Below, piece by piece: positions 37,201 to 50,250 of a DNA stretch of 64,000 bases (its first letter is position 1; each line of letters begins with the position of its first letter). The notes beneath the pieces were generated by a model that worked only from the letters and a program-made list of their open reading frames with translations, did no database searches and was not told the origin of the DNA. Origin of the DNA: Camelus ferus (Eukaryota). A program made the position numbers and the translations under genes. The stretch spans positions 4,900,001 through 4,964,000 of the forward strand of contig NC_045697.1 in assembly GCF_009834535.1 (NCBI RefSeq), in the 5' to 3' direction.

Positions 37201-38789
37201 CTCCTCGTCTCTTTCAGCCTCCAGGTGGGAGCACCTTGCCTTCGCTGAAGCCCCAGTGTACTGTACAAACCTCTATAACGCCCTTATACCCGCAGCTTTG
37301 TAAGCCAAATGCCCTTGGAGCGTTTCTTCTGCAGCTCTGACCGACACAACAGCTTCCTCGTCTCCCGTGAGATGTCTCCTCCTTAAGTCGAGACACAGGA
37401 TGACGGGCTGTTCCACTTTCGAGCCTCATCACTTACTGGGAGATCACGTTGTACGCAACACTTATCTCACACACTGAGTTACAGCCTTTGGCCAGGAGCA
37501 TTCCAGTTCTGTCTGTTTTATCTGCTGTTGCCTGGAGGGAAACCTAGCCGAGGGGACTCTCCGGGTGGGCTTGGCTCCACCACGGTGCGATACAGCAAAC
37601 CGCAGAGGGTTATCTCACTGAGCGCTCCTCTCCCTCCTACACCCGTGTGCAAACAGATGAGCTCTGCAAAACGGGAGAGCCGGCAGCCCCAGGTTTCTGA
37701 GCGACGGCGGCTGAGCTTTATGGACTGCGTTCCCACTCAGCACCTCCTCACTTAATACGTACGCCCACCCTTCCAGATGGAAAGTAACAACGCCCATCCT
37801 TAGGGCGAAAGAGGGTGAGTAATGGTGGTAGGTCACACAGCCCTTGTGAAGGGAGTCAGACCCAAATGGGGGGCTTGGCTTTCCCTGCTTCCCCAGCTCA
37901 GTGTGCCTCCCGCCCGCACGGGCAGACTTCTCTCTAGAAGCAGAGGTGAGGCCTTTTCTGTCTGGGCGAAGGATGAGGCTTGCTGGGCCCTCACTCATGA
38001 GACTGGGGGCCTGATGGGTGGGTCATCACTAACGGTGTTCACCACACATTCTGATGTGCCCCTCCGTGGGCACCCGGCAAGACCACGCTTCCTGGCTCCC
38101 CAGGACTGGGTGGAACCATGGGACCAGCTTTGGCCAATGAGTGAACGGAAGTGCTGCCATCAGGCTGGAGCACTGCCCCTGCAAGGTTCTCCTGAGGTCT
38201 CGTTCCCTCTGTCACGGTCACTGCGGTGTTCCAGAGATGCTCCTTCAGTCTGGGTCCTGGAGAGAGGAGGGGCGTGGGGGGGGCAGCGCCCCCTGGCTGA
38301 CCTGTGGACACACAGTGTGAGCAGGAAACAAACCTTGGCTATTGTGAGCCACCAGCACTGGGACGTTTGTGCCTATTTAGGCTCAGAGAGGGGAGTGTGG
38401 AGGTCCAGACACTGGTCTGTTGGTGAATAATGGCCTCAGGCCAGTTCTGGGCCAGAGAGATCCATGGGGAAACCCTGTGGCTGCAGATTGGAGTGAGCTC
38501 TTTGACGGCCAAGGGGCCTGAGTCAGAGTCCACTTCGGCGCTGGTACCTCCACACCTGGGCAGGTAGCCCTCCCTGTCCCCCGTGCCCATCCCCGTACTG
38601 ATACCATGGTCCACCTGCCCAGAGGAAGAGAGGTCAGACAGGAAGCCAAGAGGGACCACCTGCCTTTTCCTTATTAGCCTCCCCCTGCCCTCAGCTTCTG
38701 CCACTCCCTCTCCTGGACTCTAGTTACTTACGTCCTCACCCTCACTTTCCAAGTGGAGGGGAGTGGACTGTCATTATATTGCCTTTTCA

Positions 38790-39290
38790 GTGTTTTTATA
38801 AACCTTATCTCCTTCTCATAGCTACTGATTGGTCTAATGACAGGCACATGACCCAAGCAGCACCTGAGTTCTCCAATAGCCAGATTTGATTGGTCCAGGG
38901 AAAAGCACATGACCCAAGCTGGACCAATCAGAGCCATTTCCTGGGATACTTGAATTTGAGATCAGGAAAACATTCCCCTTCTTGTCTTTTCCTGTTTTAT
39001 CTACTTTCTTGAGTTAGTGGCAAAGCGGGTCGACTCTGGAGCTCTCAGTACCCACATCTTCCACTGCGTAGAAAGAACTGGTTTTCAGTAAAAGAAAATG
39101 ACTCTGGTGAGCAGGGAAGAAAGACATGCCAGGAGAAGGAAGGAAGGAAGGTTTCCAGCCCGGGGCCCAGGCACTCTGGGGCCACATCGCACCCCAGCAC
39201 TTCCTGTGGGTGCACGAGCCCCCCAGTAAGCTCTCATGTCACTGAGGCTGTACGCTTGTCGTTTCCATCCCTGCAGCCATGACAGTCTCA
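38790..39290 (+). mobile_element. Old MLT1J/K-like LTR
   Basis: Two copies of gattggtc...gcacatgacccaagc, then tggaccaatcagagcc. Confidence 0.55.
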
Positions 39291-39396
39291 GGGGCTCACT
39301 ATTTACGCTGGTATCTGTCTCTCCAGACCCCTAGAGCCACAGCTTGTGCAGATTAAGCCACAGGACGCAGGTGTACGTTACACACACACACACACA

Positions 39397-39857
39397 CCCC
39401 CGATAAACCTCTTGTAAGCTAAAAATATTCTAAGTTGAAAATGCATTTAACACACCTAACCCATTGAGTATCACGGCTTAGCTTAGCCTACCTTTAAATG
39501 TGCTCAGAAAGAACGCCTGCATCAGTTCTACTTGGACAAAATCATGTAACACAGAGCCTATTTTGTAATTAAGTGTTGAAATATCTCATGTAATGTATTG
39601 ACTATTGTCCTGAAAGTGAGAGAGCAGAGTGGTTTCCGGGTAGGTGTCCTGGTTGTTTCCCCTCCTGACCGCGTGGCTGACTGGTGACACCCGCAACCCC
39701 GACGCAGCACCACGGGAGTGCTGGACCGCATGGTCAGCCTGGGTACGGACCGAAAGCCGAAATTCGAAATACGGTTTCTACTGAATGCGTATCGTTTCAC
39801 ACCATCATAAAGTCAAAGAAATCATGAGTCAGCCATCGTTAAGTCGGAGACCGTCCC
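39397..39857. mobile_element. Tigger3/MER7-like (Tc1/mariner) non-autonomous DNA transposon relic
   Basis: cccgataaacc...gaaaatgcatttaacacacctaacc...tacggtttctactgaatgcgtatcg, with a TIR-like end ccatcgttaagtcggagaccgtc. Confidence 0.75.
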
Positions 39858-40124
39858 CGTGTATATGTATATGTGAGCAATGGGGTACAAGCACATTATC
39901 ACTCAGTTCATTAAACTGCCACTAATGTATTTATGTAGCAATCGTCAATACTTTGAAAATGAGTATAATTTTGTTTTGCATTATTTATTTGTAAAATAGC
40001 TTTTCTGAGAACGATAGGCAGGCTTACACTTTGGTTAAAATTTGAGCAAAATCAAGAGCTGGATGAAGCGCCAGCACGGCCAGTCTCCCGGCACGTGGAC
40101 CACTCACTGGTCCCTGGCAGGCGT

Positions 40125-40558
40125 CTTCACTTCCCAGGGCCACCTGACGAAGTACCACCAACCGGGTGGCTTAAAACCACAGAAACTTATTCTCTCGTGC
40201 TTCTGAAGGCTGGAAGTCTGAGACCAAGGTGTCAGCAGGGCTCTGGGGAGACAACCTTATCGGCCTTTCCCTGTTTCTGGTGGTGGCCTGCAATCCTTGG
40301 TGTCCCTTGGTTTTTGGCAGCGTCACCCCGACCTCTGCCTCCATCCTCACATGGCCCTCTTCCCTTGGTCTGTCTGTCAACCTCCCTCTCCTTACAAAGA
40401 CACCAGTAATTGGATTTAGGGTCCACCCTAATGCAGTGTGACATCATCTTAACTTCATTACTGTTGGAAAGACTCTATTTCCAAATGGGGCACACTCATA
40501 GGTACTGAAGGTTAGGACTTCAACATACCCTTCGGGGGGACACAAAGCACCCCGCAAC
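40125..40558 (-). mobile_element. MLT1A/B-like solo LTR
   Basis: taccaccaaccgggtggcttaaaaccacagaaacttattctctc...ggttaggacttcaacata. Confidence 0.8.
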
Positions 40559-43217
40559 AGGGGAGTCTCCGGCAGAGAACCCAAGGCTTTCTCATAAGAA
40601 GCCTGGGTGTAAGTAAGATTACAGCTGGACTAAGCAGTGGAAATCCACGTTAAGGACCAGAAGAGAAGTCACCAATTGTCCCTAAGCACTTATTTCAGGG
40701 CATCATACTGTTTATCTTCCACTTTTTACACACATTTCTAGAAATACCATTTGTTCACTTCACTTGGATAATTGAATAAAAGGCTCTAGGTTGGGACAAA
40801 GCTAAAATCGAGAGTCGGAGTGGTACAGTAGACAGAACATGGGCTGGAGAACCCCCTAGCGTGGGGTGGAATCCCTGCTGTTAATAAAACACCGACTGGT
40901 GGCCTCAGGCAAACGACTTCTTCTCTGCAGAAGTTAATACTTACAAATCAACATAGTAGAGAGGATTTACTTTAGATAAAATTTAACTGTATATAAAGCT
41001 CCAAGCAGAGCGGATGGCATGTAACAGGTTTTCAATATACTGAAAAAAGACAGCCCTATTTCATTTAACTGGCAAGCAATGAGTTTTATATGTAACAGGG
41101 AGAAAATCAGACCACGACCACCACCCTCCAAAACAGACCGTTAGATCCTACGTATAATGTTCAAATTTGCACACAGCCTCATTTCACAGAGGACTTAGGA
41201 AGGCCTATAAATACTCACATAAAAAATCACGGTCCCTCTTTTTTGCTAGAGAAAACTGAAGGGAAACAAAGATGGGCCTTTCAGTGATGTAAGCCTGACA
41301 GGCCAATGACAGCAGGTGCTTCTTAGAGAAACAGGGTTGCATCCACTCGGGGTGACCTGTCAGGGTCTGCATGTCTCCCTCAGTCTACTGAAAACCGGCA
41401 GCATTTTATTTTCTGTGTCTTTTGTTGGCCAAGATGAGTATGTCAGAATCAGCCTGCTTTTTAACCTGGCTGCCATTTCCTTTGATTGAGACCCGAGAGG
41501 CATTGACAGAGGACCCTGATTCCCGTGTGATTTGATTTAGAGTTTTCAGGGAGCTAGAATTTTCACGAGGCCACGTCCACCTGGGGCTGAAATTCTTCCT
41601 GCTGTTCCGGGTGACTGAGCTGATTTTCCCCGGCCCTTTTCAGCTACTTGGGAAAAGCAGCCTGGCTTTGCGTATCAGGGTTTCCAGAAGGCAGCCTGGC
41701 CTCTCCCGCCTGCCTGCCTGGGAGACACCACTGCAGTCAGAGTTTTGTTTTTTTTTTTCGAAATCAGTTTCCCAGACTGCAAAATGGGCATGAAGACACC
41801 TTCCCATAGACCAGTGATGAGAGTTGGGTGAGGCGACGCCCCGACGCCCAGCACACAGAAGGTGCTCTCAACTGTTAGCTGTCGGCCCTGTTTACCTTCA
41901 CCTCTAAAACTGAGATCTGCACCACACCTGGAATCTCGGAGACTGGAGGGAACGTAAATGTGCTGGGCTTGATTTCAGAAGCTGGATTCTGGGAGTTGGC
42001 GGAAAAAGCCAGTAGGAAAGGTTCTCCCCATTTTACAGATTAACCTGGGAAAAGTGAGCGTAACCCCTTCCTTCTATTCCTAAGGGTCGCTGATGAGCTA
42101 AGAAGGGTGTCAGAGTTCTTTGCAAGTGGCACAGACTCTGGTAAAATCAAGAAGCCACTGAAACACAGCCTGGCCTTTGATGGCACAAATAAGGAACCCA
42201 AGGCTCCAGGGGGCTGGGACCCTGCCAGGATCCCCACCAAGAGTGGCAGGACCAGGACCTGCCCCATCCACCTGCTTCCCAAGCCTGAGATGAATGGAAC
42301 TCTTCTGCCTCTTTGTTCCCAGCTCTCAGTGGCTCCAGGGCACTGTGGAGGGTCCCTATGTAACTGCCTGGGGACCTCCAAGGCTGGCATCCTCCAGGGA
42401 ACCACCTGGGCAGGTGGAGTCAGCAAACTTTACGTTTCGATTGTTGGCCTCGTCATGGTCTTTGTCTAGAACCCCCACCCCCATCCTCAGCTGAGTGTGG
42501 CCATGGCTTGCTGCTGCTGCGTTTCTTTGGAGGAGTGAGGACAGACTGGGTGTACCATCCTGCACCTGCAATGTCCAGGTTCACCAAAAGATGGCGTCAA
42601 AGGGGCCGCGGTTATTCTCCGCCCAAAGTTTAACATGCGCAGGGAGGGGCCGTTTTGCGTTTTGATGCCATGCTTGGGCTCCAGAGCCAGACTGTGTTTC
42701 CCCACCCTCCCTGCTGCCTCTTAGCCCAGTGCTGTCCACCCACTCTGTGCCTGCCCTTCTTCGCCTGCGAAGGGAGGGGATAAAAGTAACTGGCTCACAG
42801 GACAGATGCTCAGACTGAATCTCATCAAGCAGGGGCCCAATAAAAATGAGCCCTGATGACCGTCTGCTCTGTGCAAGCCACTGCCCCACCAGGAGGCACT
42901 GGAGAGAAACCCCAAAGACACCACTGTGGAAAGAACTCCTTCCTTCATCTCACAGAGTTCTTTCCACCAAAATGGGAGCCCCATGAGAATGGGGGCCTTG
43001 CTCCCACTGTCCCCCTGGTACCCGACCCAATGGGAATGCTGAATTAGCACCTGCTGAACAACGGAGGAACACACGGAGTAGTCAGAGCCAATAATCCAGG
43101 GGATGGAAGATTAGCTTCCAAGTCCTTCATATTCCAAGTAAGGGCTGCAAGAGCTTGGGAACGGCGATGATGGTGGTAATTCTCTCAGGGAAACATGGTG
43201 AGTTAGGCGGATCAGAG

Positions 43218-43432
43218 CAGCAGTTCTCAACTGGGGTGACTTGCCTGCTGGGGAACACTTGGCAGTGTCCAGGGTCATTTTTGGTGTCAGAACTCTGGAG
43301 GTGCTACTGGTACCTAATGAGCAGCGGACACAGATTCTGCCAAACACCCTACAATGCACAGGACTTTTCCCACATCAAAGAATTGATGTCAGCAGTCATC
43401 AAGTGTCAATAGCGCCGAGGCTGAGAAACCCT
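43218..43432. mobile_element. MER20 (hAT-Charlie)
   Basis: cagcagttctcaactgggg...caccctacaatgcacaggac...gtcaatagcgccgaggctgagaaaccctg. Confidence 0.8.
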
Positions 43433-45071
43433 GGATTAAAGGAACGTGCTCTAAAACCATAAAAGCAAGTACGATTAGCGTTAATAGTATTATTAACTAT
43501 GACACATGCAGTATTTGAATTTTAAAAGGTAATGTTTTTAAGGGCTCCAAAAGGTAGCGTTCATGTGAGTTTTAAATGTTTCTATTTCTTTAAGAGAGGA
43601 CACGGATAGAAAATTCAGCTCCTCAAACCCCTTTCTCACCAAGGGCTTTTTATGTTCGGCAAAACTTTTGTCACGTCTGAGAAGACCTTTTGGAAAAATC
43701 ATCCCAGCTCAGATCTTTGGCTGAAAATAGGAGGTCAAGCCCCACGGTGCATTTCTCAAATGGATGGAAACTCAGCTGCGCAGGTCTTGGAAGTCCCGGT
43801 CCAGTCTCTGGAAGCAGACATTCCACCTGGCTCGGTGGCCTTCTGCCAGCTGAGACCATTAGCCAATAGCTGCACTTCCACAAAATCAGGCAGAGCTCAT
43901 TTTAATTTTGTTCTCTGTTTAGAAACTGACGTCCAGAGAGGTCAGACCCAGGGTATCTCCTCCGCGTCCCCACAGTGACCCGCGCACGTCTGCATGCCAG
44001 CATCTCCTCTGCAGGCTGCGGGCACCCCGAGGACACGGGCCCAGCTAGATCCACTTCTGTGTCCCCAGGCCCCCGTCCAGGATTATGACACCTGTCAAAG
44101 GACTGGATGAGAATCTTCTATGGGAGCTGACGCAGAAGTTGTCCTGCCCCGTCCCCTTGGCACTTCACCCCTGCGGCAGCTTCCACGTCCCGTGGGAGGA
44201 GGGGAACCTTTTCTTTGCTCAAGAGCTTTCTCTAGTTGCAGAAGCACACTTGGTCCAGGCAAGACACATGTCGCTATGCAGGGAAGGGGCGAGTAGGAGC
44301 CTTCAGTAGCATCCTTCAACCCAAGAGGGCCTGGAATTGTAGATGAATGGTCCAGGGCAAAGGGGAGGAAGTGCTGAAGGGTTTGCAGTTCGTCTGGCTG
44401 TTAGCACAGCAGACACCATCTTGGGCCCATTCAGCTCCTCCTGTCCTCCCACTGACCCTGCCTGGGGCTGTACTGTGCCATGAATCTCCTCTCTGTCGTC
44501 AGGGGCTTTGCAGTTAGTAGATACTCTTTAATGACCACCAGGTCCAGATAGCTTCTATGCTCTGTTAGTCTCCAGAGAATGTTCAGGACCTTCACTGACG
44601 TACTCCTGGCACCCATGAGACAAGTCGCCCATCATAAACCAGATAGGGCCTTGACTTAGAAATGCAATCCCCATCTCTAAGCACGCACCCCCATACCTTA
44701 GGTTAACTGTACAATTATCCGCATGGCCCCTCGGAGGTGCAGAGTTCAGCTGCAGACGCTGCCACGTTGCCTTATGCCCCATCCGAGCTGCATGTAAGTC
44801 ACCCACAACACACATCATGTTGCCTGCCCTGTTTTTCAGTCTCAAGGCACCTTCTCAGTTCGGTGGGCACGTTTCGTTCCCTCGGTCCTCGGGCACAGTT
44901 TTAGAGGAGGATTCTTGTGACTCAGCCCAGGACCAACCAGCGGATACAAGGTTTGGGCACACTGGTCTCCGGCAGAAATTCTCAAACTTTTGGGCACCAG
45001 AACTGCTTGACAAACATGTGAAAATGCAGGTCCCCACGCCCATTCTTGCAGCTTCTGATTCAGAAGGAGGC

Positions 45072-45506
45072 TGTACTGGTTTCCCAGGGAGGCTGTGACA
45101 CAGTACCACCAGCCAGGTGGCTCACAACAATGGAAGTAGTATTGTCTCACCGTCTGGAGACCAGAAGTCTGAAATCAAGGTGTTGGCAAGGTTGGTTCCT
45201 TCTGGAGGCTCTGAGGGAGACTGTCCCAGGCCTCCCTCCTGGCTTCTGGTGGCCGTGGGCCACCATTGATGTTCCCTGGCTTGGAGATGCATCGCTTCAG
45301 TCTCTGCCTCCCTCGCCCTGTGTGTCTCTTATCTTCTTAACAGGACACCAATCATGTCGGAATAAAGGCCCCCTGCTCCACTATGACCTCATCTTAGCTA
45401 ATTATATCTGCAACAACCCGATTTCCAAATAAGGTGCAGTTCCGTGGTACTGGTGGCTAGAACTTCAGCATATTTTGGGGGGGCGGACATGATTCAATCT
45501 GCGACA
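45072..45506 (-). mobile_element. MLT1 solo LTR nested in a MER5-like element
   Basis: tgtactggtttccc...gaagtctgaaatcaaggtgttggcaagg...atgacctcatcttagctaatta. MER5-like sequence on both sides (~44975-45071 and ~45507-45577). Confidence 0.75.
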
Positions 45507-47969
45507 GACATAGCAACTCTAAATGCTAACGACTCCTGCCCACAGGAGATTCTCATAGGTACCCTTGTGACCACTGACTTCCTTCCGGTCCATCTTTGCT
45601 GCACCCCCTGCAGAGACAAGCAGGACCGCACACTGGAGCGGGACCACTCTGTTGCCAATTGACGGCCAGGCGAGTGGAGAATGAAAGGAGATGGAACTGC
45701 AGGAGGATGCTGGGAGAGGGCAGCGTAGTCCCCCGGAGCAGGAAGAGAAGCCTGGCTCAGCGTCCCGCATCCCCCACTCTCATCCCACTGGCTGCGTGGC
45801 TGATGTCGGAAAGAAGATACTTGACTTAATTTTCCCAGATACTCAAGTGCCAACACAGCAGGTGCTTCCAAAACAGGATTGCAGAAAGGAGTGCAGGATG
45901 AACAGTGCCTACTTTTTTCCTGGTTTTAAAGGAAAACACTTGGTTTCGGGCAGATCATGCCTCATGCACTGACGTCTCATAGACATTTTTGCAGATGAGA
46001 ATCCACAGCAGGGAGGATTATGGGTGGATGCACTGTGGTCCCTTCCCGTGGACATCGTGGAGCAGGGATGGGGTTTGACATGGAGGGGTCGACGCGATGC
46101 TCAGACCAAGCCCTCCACCTGGATACTCTTATATGGCAGGTGGGGAGAGGCTGGGGGACAGGAGAGGCCTGTCAGCCTCAGGGCCACCGGGGAGTATCTC
46201 AGGTGAGCAGAGAGGCAGGGACGAGAAAGCGGGAACCACAGTCCGACCCACGCACAGCTCCCACCTTGAGCGATTTTCTTCCCTGCCTCCTCTTTTCCAT
46301 ATGCTGATCCCTGACCCCCCAGACTGGAATACGACTTCCACCCTCTCTCTTTATTTTGCTAACTCCTGTTAACTGTGCCAGCCTCACTTCAAAATCCACG
46401 ACCCCAGATCTCAAAGGGGTCCTCAGCCGGCTGGGCAGTCCTACTACATTTCCCTAATCAGTTCACTTTTCCACGCGAGAAAGAAAATCTAATTGGCTGA
46501 AGCCACTGCAGAGTGGTGCTTCTGCTGAAGGCAGCCAGATGCAGCCCCTGAACGACACAAGGCAGGGGGTATCTCTCATTTTCATTTTCTTTGAAAAGGA
46601 AGCAACTTGGATTCTTCCGATTCCAAGTGGAAGCATCTCCTGGCGTGCAGCCCAACGTGCAACGCAGTCGCTACTGCCTGGGTTCCTCGCCCGTCTGCCT
46701 TTTCACGCGCTCACGTTTGCTACCCAGACACTCTCTGAGGACCCTATGGACATGCCTGAACTGGTGAAGGACCCCAGGCAAGGCTCCCTGGAGCCCACCA
46801 TCACTTTGGTCCAAAGCACCCAAGCTGATTTGGGCAGAAGTTCCCAGGACTGGGTATCCATGGCAGGGAAGGAAGGTACATGAGCGTCAGAGAAGGCAGG
46901 ACCACAGAGAAATGGCGATGAGCTTTGAAACCACTCCCCACGTAAGCCCTCGCCTGCCCCAAGTTGGACGGGCTGTGTCACAGAGGCCCTTTCTGTTCTG
47001 CTGGCCAGAGTGGGGACCAAGGAGACGTGGTCCTCCAGTGGCTTGGTGCGTGTGTCTGGGCCAACTGGGCATCCAGTGGCCCTTGAACCATAGCCGCCCA
47101 GGAGAAAGGACAGGCCGCCACCTCCCTCGCTGCGAATGCGGTGCTGCCCTGCCCACCAGCCCCGGGGCCAAAATCTAAATAACCCCGTCCCAGGTCCTTC
47201 ACCTCCTGTGCCCACCTCCACGCATGCTTGGGAATTCAAACTTCTTAATCAGCTGTTGGTCCCTGCATCTGCCTAGCCGTCTCACTCCTCTGTGTATTGT
47301 CCTTGTTCCTGGACCACCACACCTTGCCCTCCTCGATCCTCAGGACTCAGCTGGGCATGACGCTTCTAGAAGCTTCCCTGACACCCAGGCTGAGCCTGGC
47401 GCCTGCTGTGGGAGCCACTGCCTGGGCTGCCCTTTTCCATGGCACACATCCCCTCTGCTGCTAGAAACCGGAAATGGTGGAACACTGGTGACTGCCTAAG
47501 TGTCAACCCGGCATCTGTCCTTCTGGCCCTCCTGGAAGGAGGGACGCGTATCTGACCATCTCTGCAAGGCCAAGGCCGAGTTGAGTGTTGGCCCAATGGG
47601 GCTGATCTGCTGTCAGTCCTGCCCGCAGGGCTTCAGCGCCCGCTGCACAAGCCCACCGCTGCCCCTGCCTCTGCCCTGACTAACCAGCCTCAGGCAGATG
47701 GGCTCCCAGATACTAAGGGCGGCTGGGACCAAGCCTGGGCCTTTGCTTCCTTTGCTGGGCAACCCCTGGAAGGGCAGCGGTGCGGCCAGGTCAGAGCCCC
47801 TGAGGAGCCCCTCGCAACACAGCATCACCCTGTCTCCTGCCTGCCCGTGATGCTGGGGTCCTGACACAGCCCACACCACCTTCCCTCATTAAATAATAGC
47901 AACAATAATAATAATCCTTTCCATGAGTACTCCTACTGCCGGGCATTGTATCAACAGCCTCGTTTCATC

Positions 47970-48060
47970 TTTTTTTTTTTTTAAATGGAGGTACAGGGGA
48001 TTGAACCCAGGACCTTGTGCCTGCTAAGCATGCGCTCCACCACTGAGCTATCCGCACCCC
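47970..48060 (-). mobile_element. vic-1-type tRNA-derived SINE (short form)
   Basis: Minus strand GGGGTGCGGATAGCTCAGTGG...GGGTTCAATCCCCTGTACCTCCATTT followed by A13. Pol III A and B boxes present. Decayed flanking direct repeat cagcctc.....atctt. Confidence 0.85.
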
Positions 48061-48515
48061 CAGCCTCACGGAATCTTACAAAAGCCACACTGCAAGGGAG
48101 CGATTTCCATTTGGTCACTGCTGTACATGGGGCTCAGTGACGTTAACTAACTCGCCCCAGGCCACTCTGGCAGCAGCAGAGCCAGGACTTGGTCCCGGGT
48201 AGTTCCACTCTGGGGCTCGGCACGCAGCCATCTGTGGGCCTGCCTCTGCGCCTGCACCGTGAGGGCCAGCTCCGTCCTGCCGTGGCCGCCCACCGCCCAC
48301 TTCCCGGGAAGCCCCTGCGGCCCAGAGAGGTGAAGGGAGCGCCTTGCTCAGGCCGCGTGGCTGACGCAGGGTTAGAACAGTGGGGGCCACCTGCTGCTTC
48401 CCTCCCAGTGCCACAGCTGGCTTCGTGGGGCGGGGGCCAGGGACCCCGATTCTCCCGGGGAGACCTTCTGCTCGTAGACGGGCCCTGCCCAGCGGATGCC
48501 AGTGGAGGGACTTAC

Positions 48516-48580
48516 TTCTCTCTGTTGAATATGATGAATTCCTTCCGCACCGTCTCCAAGCACTGCTGGAGGTGTCCGTT
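48516..48580 (-). CDS. STK32B: STK32B penultimate coding exon (exon 11 equivalent)
   Basis: Acceptor ctctttgacag|AAC, donor AA|gtaagt. 65 nt reading NGHLQQCLETVRKEFIIFNRE(K). Confidence 0.95.
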
Positions 48581-49258
48581 CTGTCAAAGAGCAGAGAGGG
48601 CACTGTCAGTGACAGAGCATCATCCAGGGGATGTCAAGGCGCAGAGACTGACCTATAGGGGACCAGTGGACGCTTGGGGCTGGGGACAAGATAAGTGGCT
48701 GGGACAGTCCTGATCATACGGGCAGCTATGCCATGGGCAGGGCCGGGGGGGCTGGCAGACAAAGACATTTTTCTCCATTTTAAGCCATTAAATCCAATTG
48801 AAAAGCCATGTTAAAATGGAATATGAACGGAAAATCATGACCTTGGTTTCCTTATCACTAATTAAGAAGCATAGTGGGGGAGGGGGAGAACGTCAAGACC
48901 ATCGTGCAAAGATGCTCATTCTCTTCATAGCAGGTGCCGAGGCCCATCAGTCTCACAGACGCTCCGTAACACACGCCTCGGAAGCCGCCTGGATGCTGGG
49001 CGCGTACCGCTCGCCTGGGCAGGACCGCCGCCCTCTTGTGCGCCCTGATGAATGTGCACCCAGGCTTCTGCCTTAGTCTCCACAGGCACAGTGGAGGGCC
49101 CCCGATACTTTCAGGGGCTACAAAGATGTTTTCATTTCTCTCACAGTCGGAAAAAAAGTGAACAGTGAGCGATGAAAGTTACATTCAGTACGGTGCACCT
49201 TCGTATCCATGTCACCAGAAATGATCGTTTTTAATGTATTTTTTATGGAGGAACGGGC

Positions 49259-49658
49259 AGTCGCGGGCTGAACTGTGCCCCTCAAAAGGATATGTAAAAA
49301 CCCTAACCCCGAGACCTTAATTGGAAACAGGGTCACTGCAGGTGGAACTAGTGTAGATGAGGTCACACCGGAGAAGGGTGGGCCCTAAATTCAGTGACTG
49401 GTATCCTTAAAAGAAGGCCACGTGAAGACGGGGCAAGAGACTGGCCGCTGCAGCTGCAAAGGATGCTGAGGGCTGCTGGCCACCACCAGAAGCCGGGGGA
49501 GGCCAGGAAGGGCCTTCCCTACAGCATTTGGAGAGAGCAGAGCTCTGCTGGTACCTTGATTTTGAACTTCTGGCCGCCAGGATTGTGAGAGAATACACAT
49601 CTGTTGTTTTAAGCCCCCAAGTTTGTGACACTTTGTGATGGCAACTTGAATTAATGCA
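49259..49658 (+). mobile_element. MLT1B/C-like solo LTR nested in an ORSL-like hAT relic
   Basis: gggctgaactgtgcccctcaaaa...accttgattttgaacttctggc...ctgttgttttaagccccc. Confidence 0.8.
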
Positions 49659-50001
49659 GCGACCCACAGAGGCTCAGGTGCCCAGAGCCCCTCGAAAGTC
49701 CCTGCCCCCCTCAGCATAAAACCTTTGCAAAGGGCACTGGGGGCTACTTGGCACAGAGCTGAGGTCACGCAGCGCTGTTTCTTCTGCTCCTGCTTAGGGA
49801 TACGGAAGCTCCTGCACTAGGAACAGTGCTACTATGAACGGTGAGAGCTCCATACGTCCCTCTCCAGTGATGCTTTCACAGTGTTGTGCTACGAAAGACC
49901 ACTTGTTCCACAGATGCATCTGATTTACTGCAAATGAAGGTGTTTGGGAGGGCGAGGTGACAAGCCCCCATTGGGCAAAGCAGCAGCCTCGCCCAGCCTC
50001 A

Positions 50002-50250
<249 letters not shown>

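Noticed and set aside
37822..38430. 202-aa + strand ORF
   Set aside because: Overlaps MLT1-like LTR sequence and has no protein family resemblance.
47983..48060. Possible tRNA-Ala gene
   Set aside because: It has a poly(A) tail and flanking direct repeats and the stems are imperfect, so it is a SINE rather than a tRNA.
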